The notes under the pieces are model-generated. The model made no database searches, had not been told where the DNA came from, and worked only from the letters and a program-made list of their open reading frames with translations. 39,689 bases of DNA from a virus. The stretch is from the IMG/VR virus record IMGVR_UViG_3300045988_132498, positions 1 through 39,689 of that record. The stretch is one strand, 5' to 3'. Position 1 is the first letter of the stretch. Every line of letters starts with the position of its first letter. A program made the translations under genes and the position numbers. This document shows positions 32,751-39,689 of the stretch, one piece after another.

Positions 32751-33005
32751 ATGAGCACCATCCGCAAGGCCTTCAACACCATCAAGAACACCGACTACGC
32801 CGCCGCCGGGCAGATCAAGGTCACCGACCTCGTGGATGGCGCGATCGCCGTCGGCCCGCGCGGCCAGTACGTCCAGGAGAGCGACAGCCTCGGCCTCATC
32901 ATCAACGGCCACGTTGCCGCCGGGCCGGACGACGACCCCACCGACGCTGACCTCCGCGCCGCCGTCGCCGCCCTCCTCGGCTACGACCCCGAGACCACTG
33001 TCTGA
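32751..33005 (+). CDS. Acidic hypothetical protein (84 aa)
   Basis: AGAAAGGAACC SD. Confidence 0.65.
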   Translation: MSTIRKAFNTIKNTDYAAAGQIKVTDLVDGAIAVGPRGQYVQESDSLGLIINGHVAAGPDDDPTDADLRAAVAALLGYDPETTV

Positions 33006-33016
33006 CTCGCCTACCC

Positions 33017-33058
33017 GCCCGGATGGTCGCAGCGGGGGTTCGACTCCCCCGCCGGGCA
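33017..33058 (+). ncRNA. tRNA-like minihelix (acceptor stem plus T-arm only)
   Basis: GCCCGG (33017-33022) pairs with CCGGGC (33052-33057). GGGGG/CCCCC encloses TTCGACT (33039-33045), a canonical T-loop. A33058 sits at the discriminator position. No D or anticodon arm. Confidence 0.5.
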
Positions 33059-33093
33059 CGACCCACCCAAATACCCCACGGAAGGAACCAACC

Positions 33094-33300
33094 ATGGCCG
33101 CTAATGCCACCCCCAAGCAGGTCGCTTACGCCCTCCACCTCCTCGACGAAGCGGGCTACGACACCCGTTACATGAACTCCTCGTTCGCCGGCCTCGGAGC
33201 CACGATGAGGCAGCGCTCCGGCAGCGTGGAGCACTGGCTGGAGTCAATGAGCCGCCCCGAGATCAGCAGACTGATCGACCGACTGAAGGAAGGAGACTGA
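33094..33300 (+). CDS. Hypothetical protein (68 aa)
   Basis: GGAAGGAACC SD. ATPKQVAYALHLLDEAGY...EISRLIDRLK. Confidence 0.6.
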   Translation: MAANATPKQVAYALHLLDEAGYDTRYMNSSFAGLGATMRQRSGSVEHWLESMSRPEISRLIDRLKEGD

Positions 33301-33330
33301 CCCGCCCACCGCACCCCAAGGAGCCCCACA

Positions 33331-33561
33331 ATGAATTTGTACCCCACCCGCAACCTAGCCATCAACCACGAGATCAGGGACGCCCTGGCACCGGGCCTGG
33401 AAGACCTCGACGGTACGGTCGATGACTACTACGACATCGACGCCATCGCAGATGAGACCATCACCACGTTCCTCGCCCCGAGCGGGGTGGTCACCTACTG
33501 CATCTCGGCCGACATCTACCCGGCCCTGTTCTGGGAGATCGTCGAGCGGCACGCCCGCTGA
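33331..33561 (+). CDS. Acidic hypothetical protein (76 aa)
   Basis: AAGGAG SD. Last gene of the plus-strand island. Confidence 0.6.
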   Translation: MNLYPTRNLAINHEIRDALAPGLEDLDGTVDDYYDIDAIADETITTFLAPSGVVTYCISADIYPALFWEIVERHAR

Positions 33562-33572
33562 CCGAACACGGG

Positions 33573-33601
33573 AGGCGCCCCACCAAACCGGTGGGGCGCC
33601 T
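33573..33601. terminator. Convergent (bidirectional) terminator hairpin
   Basis: AGGCGCCCCACC (33573-33584) pairs with GGTGGGGCGCCT (33590-33601): 12-bp perfect stem. Lies between the plus-strand island and the end of the minus-strand early operon. Confidence 0.7.
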
Positions 33602-33621
33602 TCGTCATGCCACGACGTCGC

Positions 33622-33837
33622 TCACTTCATGTCTCCGATGGCGTCTCGGGATTCGGTGAGCATGCCGATCACCTGGCCTATGGCCTCGGTGGCGTCGGCT
33701 GCTGGTAGGCCGGCTGCGATGCCTGCGATGGCGGTGGCGTGCCCCATCATGGTGATGGTGAGGCTTCTCTTCACGGCTGCCTTGACGGTTTCCTCAGCGA
33801 CGGCGGCTAGCGCCGTCTGGGTCATCTCTGGTGTCAT
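33622..33837 (-). CDS. Hypothetical protein (71 aa)
   Basis: ATG 33837 with ATGA coupling. Last early gene. Confidence 0.55.
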   Translation of the reverse strand: MTPEMTQTALAAVAEETVKAAVKRSLTITMMGHATAIAGIAAGLPAADATEAIGQVIGMLTESRDAIGDMK

Positions 33838-34598
33838 GCTGCCTTGTCCTTCCTGCGTGCTGCGGCGGCGAGGAGGTCGCCGACGTGGTATCTGCCTTCG
33901 TGGTCGGTGAGGTGGCCCCTGTGTTTCCAGAGTCGGATGGTGGCCGCCCTCGTGGGGTATCCGGCTTGGGTGAGGAGCCTCGCGCCTTCGTCGGGGGTGA
34001 CTAGCCAGTCGGCGGCCGCCTCCAGGTGGGACTGGAGGAGCGGCTGGAGCTCCCACTGGGTGTCACAGGCCGGGCACCTGGCCCACGAGGACCCCGGTGC
34101 GGCGTAGATGGGCTGGTCGCACACTCCCCGGTCCCCCAGGTCGGTGAGGCACCGCCCGTAGAACCTGGCGTCCTCGGGGACGTCCACGAGGGCCGTGAGC
34201 GCCCGGATGGCGGCCAGGACCTCGGGGATGAGGGTGGCTAGCTCGGGGCGGCCGGGGTGGAGTGACGCCTCATAGAGTTGGACGCCGACGGCTCGCCAGG
34301 TCTGCGGGGTGCTGCAACTGGTGAGGTCTGCGATCCACTTCGCCCACTTCAGGAGGGTCCTCTCGTGTGCGCTGGCGGCCTGGATGATGCCGAGCCGCAC
34401 CGGGGGGCGACTGCACGGCGTCACGCTGGCCCCGCCGCCTTGGCCGCGCTTGAGCCCGGCCTTGGCGGCGTCCAGGGCGTCCATGAGCGCCACGATGCCG
34501 TGGGCGGCCTCGTCGAGTCGACGGCAGGCCGTCGCGCTCACGTACCGGTCACCCCGCAGCGGCTCCCCCGTGACGGGGCAGGAGCGGGCCTCAGTCAC
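33834..34598 (-). CDS. Zn-ribbon plus C-terminal HTH protein (254 aa), candidate transcription regulator
   Basis: GTG 34598. CDQPIY...CPACD, and a C-terminal excisionase-like segment VTPDEGARLLTQAGYPTRAATIRLWKHRGHL. Confidence 0.55.
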   Translation of the reverse strand: MTEARSCPVTGEPLRGDRYVSATACRRLDEAAHGIVALMDALDAAKAGLKRGQGGGASVTPCSRPPVRLGIIQAASAHERTLLKWAKWIADLTSCSTPQTWRAVGVQLYEASLHPGRPELATLIPEVLAAIRALTALVDVPEDARFYGRCLTDLGDRGVCDQPIYAAPGSSWARCPACDTQWELQPLLQSHLEAAADWLVTPDEGARLLTQAGYPTRAATIRLWKHRGHLTDHEGRYHVGDLLAAAARRKDKAA

Positions 34599-34908
34599 CG
34601 TCCTGGCCCTCCATGAGGTGGGCGGGGAACTTGATGGGCTCCAGGTTGACCCCGGCTCGCGCCCGCTCTACGGCCATTGCCTCTCCCTCAAGTGCTCGTT
34701 TAGCGAGGTCGTACTGGCTCTGCTCGCAGTCCACGCTGGCAGCGATGGCTCGCATCTCCTGAGCGATGGCCTGACGGCTCTCCAGCGTAAGCGACGGGAT
34801 GAGGATCGACCGCTCGGACTCGATGTCTGCGACCGCGCCAACGACCAGGCGAGCGACCATCGCCTTCGCCGCGTAGTGTGCGGCCTCCTCGCGAGAGATT
34901 TCAATCAC
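34591..34908 (-). CDS. Hypothetical protein (105 aa)
   Basis: GTG 34908 with GAAGGAG SD. The upstream part of track ORF 34591..35049 is an out-of-frame extension. Confidence 0.5.
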   Translation of the reverse strand: MIEISREEAAHYAAKAMVARLVVGAVADIESERSILIPSLTLESRQAIAQEMRAIAASVDCEQSQYDLAKRALEGEAMAVERARAGVNLEPIKFPAHLMEGQDGD

Positions 34909-35101
34909 GGCCGGTCTCCTTCGTTGAGCTGTTGGCTCGCTCGGCGGCATAGCGGATGGCGTCGGCGATCTGCTGGACGGCCCGCTCCGCCGTCTCGGCG
35001 CGCTCGCGGAGGCCCCTGATCGTGATGAGCGCGAACCACAAGGCGACACTCAGGCACAGGGGCAGGAGCCCCGTCAGAATCCAGTAAATCCAGGCGCTCA
35101 C
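34901..35101 (-). CDS. Small membrane protein (66 aa)
   Basis: GTG 35101 with GTGA coupling. TM segment WIYWILTGLLPLCLSVALWFALI. Confidence 0.55.
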   Translation of the reverse strand: MSAWIYWILTGLLPLCLSVALWFALITIRGLRERAETAERAVQQIADAIRYAAERANSSTKETGRD

Positions 35102-35775
35102 TTGTCCTCCTCCTCAATGATCTGGGCGGCCCACGCGAGGGCGTGGGCCCCGATGTCAGTAGCGGTGTCATCGTCCCGGTGGACGAGGAAGGCCCCGATC
35201 CGTTTGACTAGGAGCGTGAACCGCCCATCCTCCGTCTTGGGGAGCTTCAGGTTCTTGGCTTCATCGGCGATCTCAGCCCACGGGTCCAGGAACCCGCACC
35301 ACCGAAGGTGGCGCGCGGCCTCCACAGCGATACGGAGCAGGTCCAGGTATTCCGGGTGCTCAGCGTCGCTTGGCATGGACCGCAGCAGGCGAGCCACGTA
35401 GCGGTCGACGTCGACCTTCGAGCCCTGGTCGTCGCGCTTCGCATACTTTACGACCGTATCGAGCGGGCTGGGCTTGTCGGCGGGCAGGCAGGAGAGGACT
35501 TCCAGGAGGGGTGGCTCCAGGGAATCGATCACGTCGACGCCCCGGAACGCGTCCTGAAGCCGCTTGAGCGCGGCGGTGGGGACGGCCGTGACCTCCTCCC
35601 ACTTGACTATCATGTCGCCGTAGGCTTTGCGCACGATCGTCTGATCCATGTGCTCCTCAGAGATGAGGGCGTACGCCTCATCCCCGACGTGGTAGGCGAG
35701 TTCATCTGCAACGCCGTCTTCGTTCACTTCGCCGTCGAGGACGCGGATGAGGGGCTTGTCTGGCCAGTCTGTCAT
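35098..35775 (-). CDS. Hypothetical protein (225 aa)
   Basis: ATG 35775 with AGGAG SD. Confidence 0.6.
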   Translation of the reverse strand: MTDWPDKPLIRVLDGEVNEDGVADELAYHVGDEAYALISEEHMDQTIVRKAYGDMIVKWEEVTAVPTAALKRLQDAFRGVDVIDSLEPPLLEVLSCLPADKPSPLDTVVKYAKRDDQGSKVDVDRYVARLLRSMPSDAEHPEYLDLLRIAVEAARHLRWCGFLDPWAEIADEAKNLKLPKTEDGRFTLLVKRIGAFLVHRDDDTATDIGAHALAWAAQIIEEEDK

Positions 35776-35777
35776 GA

Positions 35778-36026
35778 TTACTCCTGGGGGTCGATGCCGA
35801 GGGCGGCGGCGATTCTGGTGTCACTGATGATGATGGTCTTTGACGCGGAGGCGATGGCGAGTCGGTTTGCGATTTTAAGCTGCTCACCGACTTCGAGGAC
35901 GGCCTGGGTGAGCGCGCAGAGGCTCGCGATTGTGAGTTTGTGCTGGCCTTCTATGCTCGCGTAGCTTTTGTTGATCGCGGTTAGGATTTCGGCCGCTTCG
36001 CCGCGCCTGAGTACATGGTCGGACAT
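35778..36026 (-). CDS. Hypothetical protein (82 aa)
   Basis: ATG 36026 with AGGAGAA SD. Confidence 0.55.
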   Translation of the reverse strand: MSDHVLRRGEAAEILTAINKSYASIEGQHKLTIASLCALTQAVLEVGEQLKIANRLAIASASKTIIISDTRIAAALGIDPQE

Positions 36027-36042
36027 TTCAATTCTCCTGGGG

Positions 36043-36249
36043 TTATTGGGTTCGGATTGTGACGTTTTCTGTGTCGGTTTCGTGGCCGCATTTTTTGCAG
36101 CGGATGATGGCTATTTGCCCCCAGTGGACTCGGGTGACGTGGTGCGGTCGCTCGCTGTTTCCGACCGCATGGAATTCGACTGTTACTTCTGGTTGGAGGT
36201 AGTGGTCGCCGCACCGGATTCGGTGCTCGTCTGGGTCGTATACCGCCAT
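36043..36249 (-). CDS. Small zinc-ribbon-like protein (68 aa)
   Basis: ATG 36249 with GGAGG SD. IRCGDH...CKKCGH. Confidence 0.55.
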   Translation of the reverse strand: MAVYDPDEHRIRCGDHYLQPEVTVEFHAVGNSERPHHVTRVHWGQIAIIRCKKCGHETDTENVTIRTQ

Positions 36250-36252
36250 TTC

Positions 36253-36390
36253 TCAGCCTCCGATGATTGCGCGCCAGGTGGCGGTGATGATCCACAGGAT
36301 GACGCTGATGACAGCGAAGGCAGCGGTCATGGCGAGGGTGAGGCCGACAGCTTGGCCGAGGCGCTGCCAGAACGTGGGGGTGGGTTTCAT
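36253..36390 (-). CDS. Small membrane protein (45 aa)
   Basis: ATG 36390 with AGGAGAA SD. TM segment LTLAMTAAFAVISVILWII. Confidence 0.5.
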   Translation of the reverse strand: MKPTPTFWQRLGQAVGLTLAMTAAFAVISVILWIITATWRAIIGG

Positions 36391-36435
36391 GGGTTCTCCT
36401 AGGGTTGAGCGGGATTCTGGTGGGTTGGGGGTGGA

Positions 36436-36466
36436 GGCTGGCCCCGGCGTGGTGTCGGGGCCAGCC
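36436..36466 (-). promoter_or_regulatory. Hairpin downstream of ssb
   Basis: GGCTGGCCCCG pairs with CGGGGCCAGCC: 11-bp perfect stem, 9-nt loop. Confidence 0.55.
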
Positions 36467-36473
36467 GGTGGGA

Positions 36474-36935
36474 TTAGAAGGGGGGCTCGCCGGGCTGGGC
36501 GCCCCCGGTCCCCCACGGGTCCTGCGCCGCCGTAGGGACGTTCCCTGAGCCGAACGCGGCCGGCTGCGCGGGCTGCTGGCCGTGCTGGACGGGCTTCGGG
36601 TGCAGCCCCCAGGTGTCGACGGCCAAGTTCAGGGCCGCGGCAGGCTGCCCGTCTTTCCCGGCCCATGCGCGAACGTTCGGGCGGCCGGTGAGGGTGAGGA
36701 GTTGGACCTTCTGGACGTGCTCGCAGAAGGTTTCTGCGGCGTCTCCCCATACTGCGGCGCGCACCCACACGGTGTCGCCGGCGTCGACCCACTGCTGTGT
36801 CTGCTGGTCGTATCGGCGGGGAGTGTATGGGACGCTGACGTTCGCGACGGGTTTCCCGGATGGGGTGAACCGCATTTCGGGGTCGGCGGCCGCGTATCCG
36901 GTGACCGTCATTTCGAGTTGGGGTCTTGCACCCAT
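36474..36935 (-). CDS. ssb: Single-stranded DNA-binding protein
   Basis: OB-fold N-terminus TVTGYAAADPEMRFTPSGKPVANVSV, a Gly/Gln/Pro-rich linker, and a C-terminal EPPF tip. Confidence 0.8.
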   Translation of the reverse strand: MGARPQLEMTVTGYAAADPEMRFTPSGKPVANVSVPYTPRRYDQQTQQWVDAGDTVWVRAAVWGDAAETFCEHVQKVQLLTLTGRPNVRAWAGKDGQPAAALNLAVDTWGLHPKPVQHGQQPAQPAAFGSGNVPTAAQDPWGTGGAQPGEPPF

Positions 36936-36960
36936 TATCTATTTCCTTTCTGGGGAGTTG

Positions 36961-37104
36961 TCATATTCTCGCGTTTTCGCCCGGTTTGTGCGAATCGGGA
37001 CACGCCGGGGCGAGATATTCCGCGATCAAATCCGCGTCGAAATCAATCACACGGATCGGAATGATTTCATCGTTACCCGCCGCGAATACCTCCCACGGGG
37101 TCAC
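36961..37104 (-). CDS. Hypothetical small protein (47 aa)
   Basis: GTG 37104 with AAGGAGGAG SD and GTGA coupling. Confidence 0.45.
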   Translation of the reverse strand: MTPWEVFAAGNDEIIPIRVIDFDADLIAEYLAPACPDSHKPGENARI

Positions 37105-37457
37105 GACTCCTCCTTGGGGGTGTACGCCGGAACGTGGACGATGCTGTATGGGGCATACTGTTGGGGCAGTTCGGACCATTTACCGGCAATGACATCCTTC
37201 ATCAACCGCCACCATCCACCCTCCCTAGCAACCCAGGGACGCCCCAGAATATCCACGGCGATAACGCCATCCGAAGCGCCGCGGGAAGCACAACCACCGT
37301 CATTGATCCCCGCAGAAGCCTTCAGGTCGTCGATTTCCTCTTCGAGGACGGCGATGTGGTGGATGAGCGCGTAGATGTCGCCAACCGCGCCCTCACAGCC
37401 GCACTTCTCGTATTCGTAGTTCCTCAGCTTGTCGAGAATCGTGTCTGGGACGCTCAT
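37101..37457 (-). CDS. Hypothetical protein (118 aa)
   Basis: ATGA coupling at 37454-37457. Confidence 0.55.
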   Translation of the reverse strand: MSVPDTILDKLRNYEYEKCGCEGAVGDIYALIHHIAVLEEEIDDLKASAGINDGGCASRGASDGVIAVDILGRPWVAREGGWWRLMKDVIAGKWSELPQQYAPYSIVHVPAYTPKEES

Positions 37458-37714
37458 TTCTCCCCCAGCATTCTGATCGTAGAGTTGAGGTGGTAGTTTT
37501 CTTCCCGGAGGGCGGAAATCGTGTCTTTAAGTTCGGCGATCCTGTCCCGACACTCGTCGGCGTGATCCAGGAGGTCCTCGATGTCATCGGCCATGGCCTC
37601 GGGGTCTCCGGTGATTACTCCTCCGTAGCCTTTTCCGTCTCGGAAGGCGTTCAACGCGTTACGGATGTCCTTGGTGTTCCAAAGCCATGGGGTTCGGGTG
37701 GCTGGGGTAGTCAT
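37454..37714 (-). CDS. Hypothetical coiled-coil protein (86 aa)
   Basis: ATG 37714 with AAGGAGAA SD. Shares a GKGYGG motif with the next upstream gene product. Confidence 0.55.
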   Translation of the reverse strand: MTTPATRTPWLWNTKDIRNALNAFRDGKGYGGVITGDPEAMADDIEDLLDHADECRDRIAELKDTISALREENYHLNSTIRMLGEK

Positions 37715-37731
37715 TTCAGTTCTCCTTAGAG

Positions 37732-38124
37732 TCAACGGAACATTGGGCAGACGCGCTTGTGGGATCGGATATCGTTCTCCAGGTCCCGGATACGCTCATT
37801 CGCCCAATCGAGTTGGTAGCGGGTGTTCTCGGCCTCGGCTTGGGCTGTGTCGCGCTCCCTGAGCGCACCTCCCACTGTCGGCAGCCCGGGGTGGGGGCCG
37901 ATCATTTCGATTTCCTCGTAGACCTCCAGTTCCTTGACGCGCTCTTGAAGTTCCTGGCGCTCCTCCTGGAGGTCGGCGATATGGTTGAAGAGGAAGACGA
38001 CGTCATGCACGGGCGCATCCTTGGGCCATCCTCCGGGGCCATACCCCTTGCCCTGCGCCCAGTTGTCTACTCGGGATCGAATCTGCTCTAGGTAGTCCTG
38101 GACACGCTTTTCGTCGGCGCTCAC
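37732..38124 (-). CDS. Hypothetical coiled-coil protein (130 aa)
   Basis: GTG 38124 with GTGA coupling. Carries a GKGYGPGG motif. Confidence 0.55.
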   Translation of the reverse strand: MSADEKRVQDYLEQIRSRVDNWAQGKGYGPGGWPKDAPVHDVVFLFNHIADLQEERQELQERVKELEVYEEIEMIGPHPGLPTVGGALRERDTAQAEAENTRYQLDWANERIRDLENDIRSHKRVCPMFR

Positions 38125-38651
38125 TTGCTCTCTCCGCCCTGGTAGCGGGTGAGCCAGGCGAGGGCGAGGGCGCCTACCTGGGTGACTTCGGCGATGGTGT
38201 CGGCGCTGTGGCCCGTCTCCAGCGCGTTGTCATAGGTGAGGGAGGCAGCCACCTCACCCGCCTCCTCGGCGAGGGCGTAGAAGCGGGACTCGTCCGTGTG
38301 GCCGTCCGCGTCCAGGGTCATCCCCGGGTGTTTGGCCGCCGCCCGCTCCCACTCGGCGACGAACGCGGCCACCGGGTCCTCGACTCCGAGGTGGATCAGC
38401 AGCAGGATCGACTCGGCGACGACGCGGATGAGAGCGTTCTTGGCCTTACCATCGATGATCTTGCGGAGGTGCAGTGTTTCGGGGCGGTCATCACCGGGGC
38501 GGAAGTCGGCGCTCCTGCTGATCGCGCGCCCCAGCGTGCCAAGCGACTCGTGCCACACGGTAACGCTCACCAGCGGGGTCGTGGTGATCCCCCATTCCCG
38601 GACGTCATATGTCAATCGGGCCGCGTCAGCGGCGAATGGGCATGTGTCCAT
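38121..38651 (-). CDS. MazG-like nucleotide pyrophosphohydrolase candidate (176 aa)
   Basis: ATG 38651 with GGAAGGAAC SD. The C-terminal half ESRFYALAEEAGEVAASL...HSADTIAEVTQVGALALAWL resembles the MazG EExGE...E..D helical core. Confidence 0.5.
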   Translation of the reverse strand: MDTCPFAADAARLTYDVREWGITTTPLVSVTVWHESLGTLGRAISRSADFRPGDDRPETLHLRKIIDGKAKNALIRVVAESILLLIHLGVEDPVAAFVAEWERAAAKHPGMTLDADGHTDESRFYALAEEAGEVAASLTYDNALETGHSADTIAEVTQVGALALAWLTRYQGGESK

Positions 38652-38706
38652 GAGTGTTCCTTCCGGTGGGTGTGGGTGATGAGGAGGATGGTGATGAGGA
38701 GGACGG

Positions 38707-38919
38707 TCATGCCGCCTCCCGCGGGTGGTTGGGGCAGACGGTCTGGTCATCGTCGAGGTCCCAGCCGCGCCGCTCAGCGAGGAGGTTGAGCGCCCGCATC
38801 TCGACGAAATCACGGTCTAGGTCCGTGGGGCGCGGTGAGAGGCTGATCTGCTCCGGGCAGCCGGGCCAGTCGCAGGACATGGACGCGTACGCCTGCCTGA
38901 CGGGGATGATCTGGATCAT
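38707..38919 (-). CDS. Hypothetical Cys-containing protein (70 aa)
   Basis: ATG 38919 with ATGA coupling. Confidence 0.5.
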   Translation of the reverse strand: MIQIIPVRQAYASMSCDWPGCPEQISLSPRPTDLDRDFVEMRALNLLAERRGWDLDDDQTVCPNHPREAA

Positions 38920-39122
38920 CGCGAGAACGCCTCCACGGCGCGGGAGGTCATTACGAAGAGGGCGAGCGTCCCAAAGAACACGACCACGACCTCCAGGAGT
39001 ACGCGCGCCCATACTGGGATGGCCAGCATCCATACTGCGTACCCGAGGCAGGCGAACAGGGCGCACAAGAGCAGCAGGGACATGGTCACTAGCGTCATCG
39101 CGGCAGCTTCGAAAAGGTTCAC
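38916..39122 (-). CDS. Small two-TM membrane protein (68 aa)
   Basis: GTG 39122 overlaps the recT stop (GTGA). Two hydrophobic segments. Confidence 0.55.
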   Translation of the reverse strand: MNLFEAAAMTLVTMSLLLLCALFACLGYAVWMLAIPVWARVLLEVVVVFFGTLALFVMTSRAVEAFSR

Positions 39123-39689
39123 GGCTGTGTCTCCTCGGGGATGTCTCCGATGACGGCGGCGGGCACCTCGACGGGCTCCGGCTCGGCGGACTTGGGCTTG
39201 CGTTTGCGGGCGACCTTGACTGTGGGCTGGTCGTCTCCGAGGCCGTCTAGCTCGACCTCCTCGGCGCTGTAGGAGAGGCCCATGAGGGCGTCTGCGGCGA
39301 TCATGCGGCAGACTTCGGCGGTGGCTTTGGCGCGCAGCATGGCCTGCGGCTCCTGGCCGTATTTTTTGTTGCTCAGGTACCCGGCTTGGCGGGCGCGTTC
39401 GATGGTCCAGGTGGAGGACTGGACCTGCTGGGAGCCTCTGCGGCGGCCGGAGACGGTGACGGACGTGTCGGACTGGTCGTCGACCCAGACGTCGTGCCCG
39501 GCCTGCTGGACGACGGCGAGCATGGTCCTGGCGTAGAGGGCGGGCTTGCCGCTGATGACGTAGATGCTCTCCATGGCGGCGGTGGGGTCGAGGCCGAGGG
39601 CCGCGCCCTTCATGATGGTCACGGCGGTGGCGTCGACGTTGCCGCGTAGGTGGGCGGGTGCGAACCCGGTCGGGCAGAGGGCCTGGGCG
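39119..39689 (-). CDS. recT: RecT-family annealing protein, 3' part (5' part is at 1-201; 39635-39689 duplicates 1-55)
   Basis: KGAALGLDPTAAMESIYVISGKPALYARTMLAVVQQAGH... The frame is open to the window edge and in phase with 1-201. Confidence 0.8.
   Translation of the reverse strand, partial: AQALCPTGFAPAHLRGNVDATAVTIMKGAALGLDPTAAMESIYVISGKPALYARTMLAVVQQAGHDVWVDDQSDTSVTVSGRRRGSQQVQSSTWTIERARQAGYLSNKKYGQEPQAMLRAKATAEVCRMIAADALMGLSYSAEEVELDGLGDDQPTVKVARKRKPKSAEPEPVEVPAAVIGDIPEETQP
39635..39689. repeat. Terminal direct repeat, copy 2
   Basis: Exact 55-nt identity with 1-55. Confidence 0.95.

Larger units (their letters stand above)
1..39689. mobile_element. Complete temperate siphovirus-type phage genome, circularly closed contig (unit length 39,634 bp)
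   Basis: Full packaging/head/tail/lysis module, integrase plus attP, CI/Cro-type switch and replication/recombination genes are present. Nt 1-55 are identical to 39635-39689, and an ORF reads in frame through that junction. Confidence 0.85.

Noticed and set aside
38612-38710. 32-aa hydrophobic ORF (MTVLLITILLITHTHRKEHSWTHAHSPLTRPD) ATGA-coupled to the upstream gene.
   Set aside because: It overlaps the MazG-like start and its SD by 40 nt in another frame, and is too short to evaluate. It is kept only as a note.
1-39689. Search for reverse transcriptase (retron, DGR), CRISPR-Cas, transposases, toxin domains and full tRNA or tmRNA genes.
   Set aside because: No YxDD-type RT motif, cas-like gene, IS-type inverted repeats or complete cloverleaf was seen in any frame. 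The lower-GC tail-fibre region has no template/variable repeat pair.

Overview
The window is one complete, G+C-rich temperate siphovirus-type phage genome, probably from a high-G+C Gram-positive (actinobacterial) host. That host call rests only on composition, GAAAGGA-type ribosome-binding sites and leaderless starts. It is assembled as a circle: nt 1-55 recur exactly at 39635-39689, so the unit genome is 39,634 bp and a RecT gene runs across the junction. Almost all genes are on the minus strand.

Layout:
- Late operon (30921 down to 10779): HNH, TerS, TerL, portal, MuF-like, scaffold, capsid, connectors, major tail, G/G-T chaperones with a G GGA AAC -1 slip site, tape measure with NlpC/P60 domain, tail tip proteins, endolysin and three membrane proteins. 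It ends in a 16-bp-stem terminator.
- Lysogeny module: tyrosine integrase, an attP whose core is the 3' half of a tRNA-Pro(UGG) flanked by four CTAGCCAT arm repeats, a cotranscribed 173-aa cargo gene, and a divergent CI-like/Cro-like pair around a 20-bp perfect palindrome.
- Long, translationally coupled early operon (7966 down to 198, wrapping to 39689 down to 33622): excisionase-like HTH, frameshifted DNA methyltransferase, RusA, replication initiator with embedded iterons, exonuclease/RecT, MazG-like protein, SSB and many small ORFans.

Most interesting features:
- The only plus-strand island (31.3-33.6 kb). Seven small, mostly acidic genes are driven by two duplicated promoter-operator-leader cassettes with their own palindromic operator. 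The island contains a tRNA-like acceptor/T-arm minihelix and a mini-GNAT-like gene.
- A methyltransferase split by a G10 homopolymer.
- An intragenic origin with 2 x 5 helically phased TCGCGA iterons.
- A 455-bp noncoding divergent control region with repeated GGGTGCCCC boxes.

All functional calls come from motif recognition by eye. No database search was possible.
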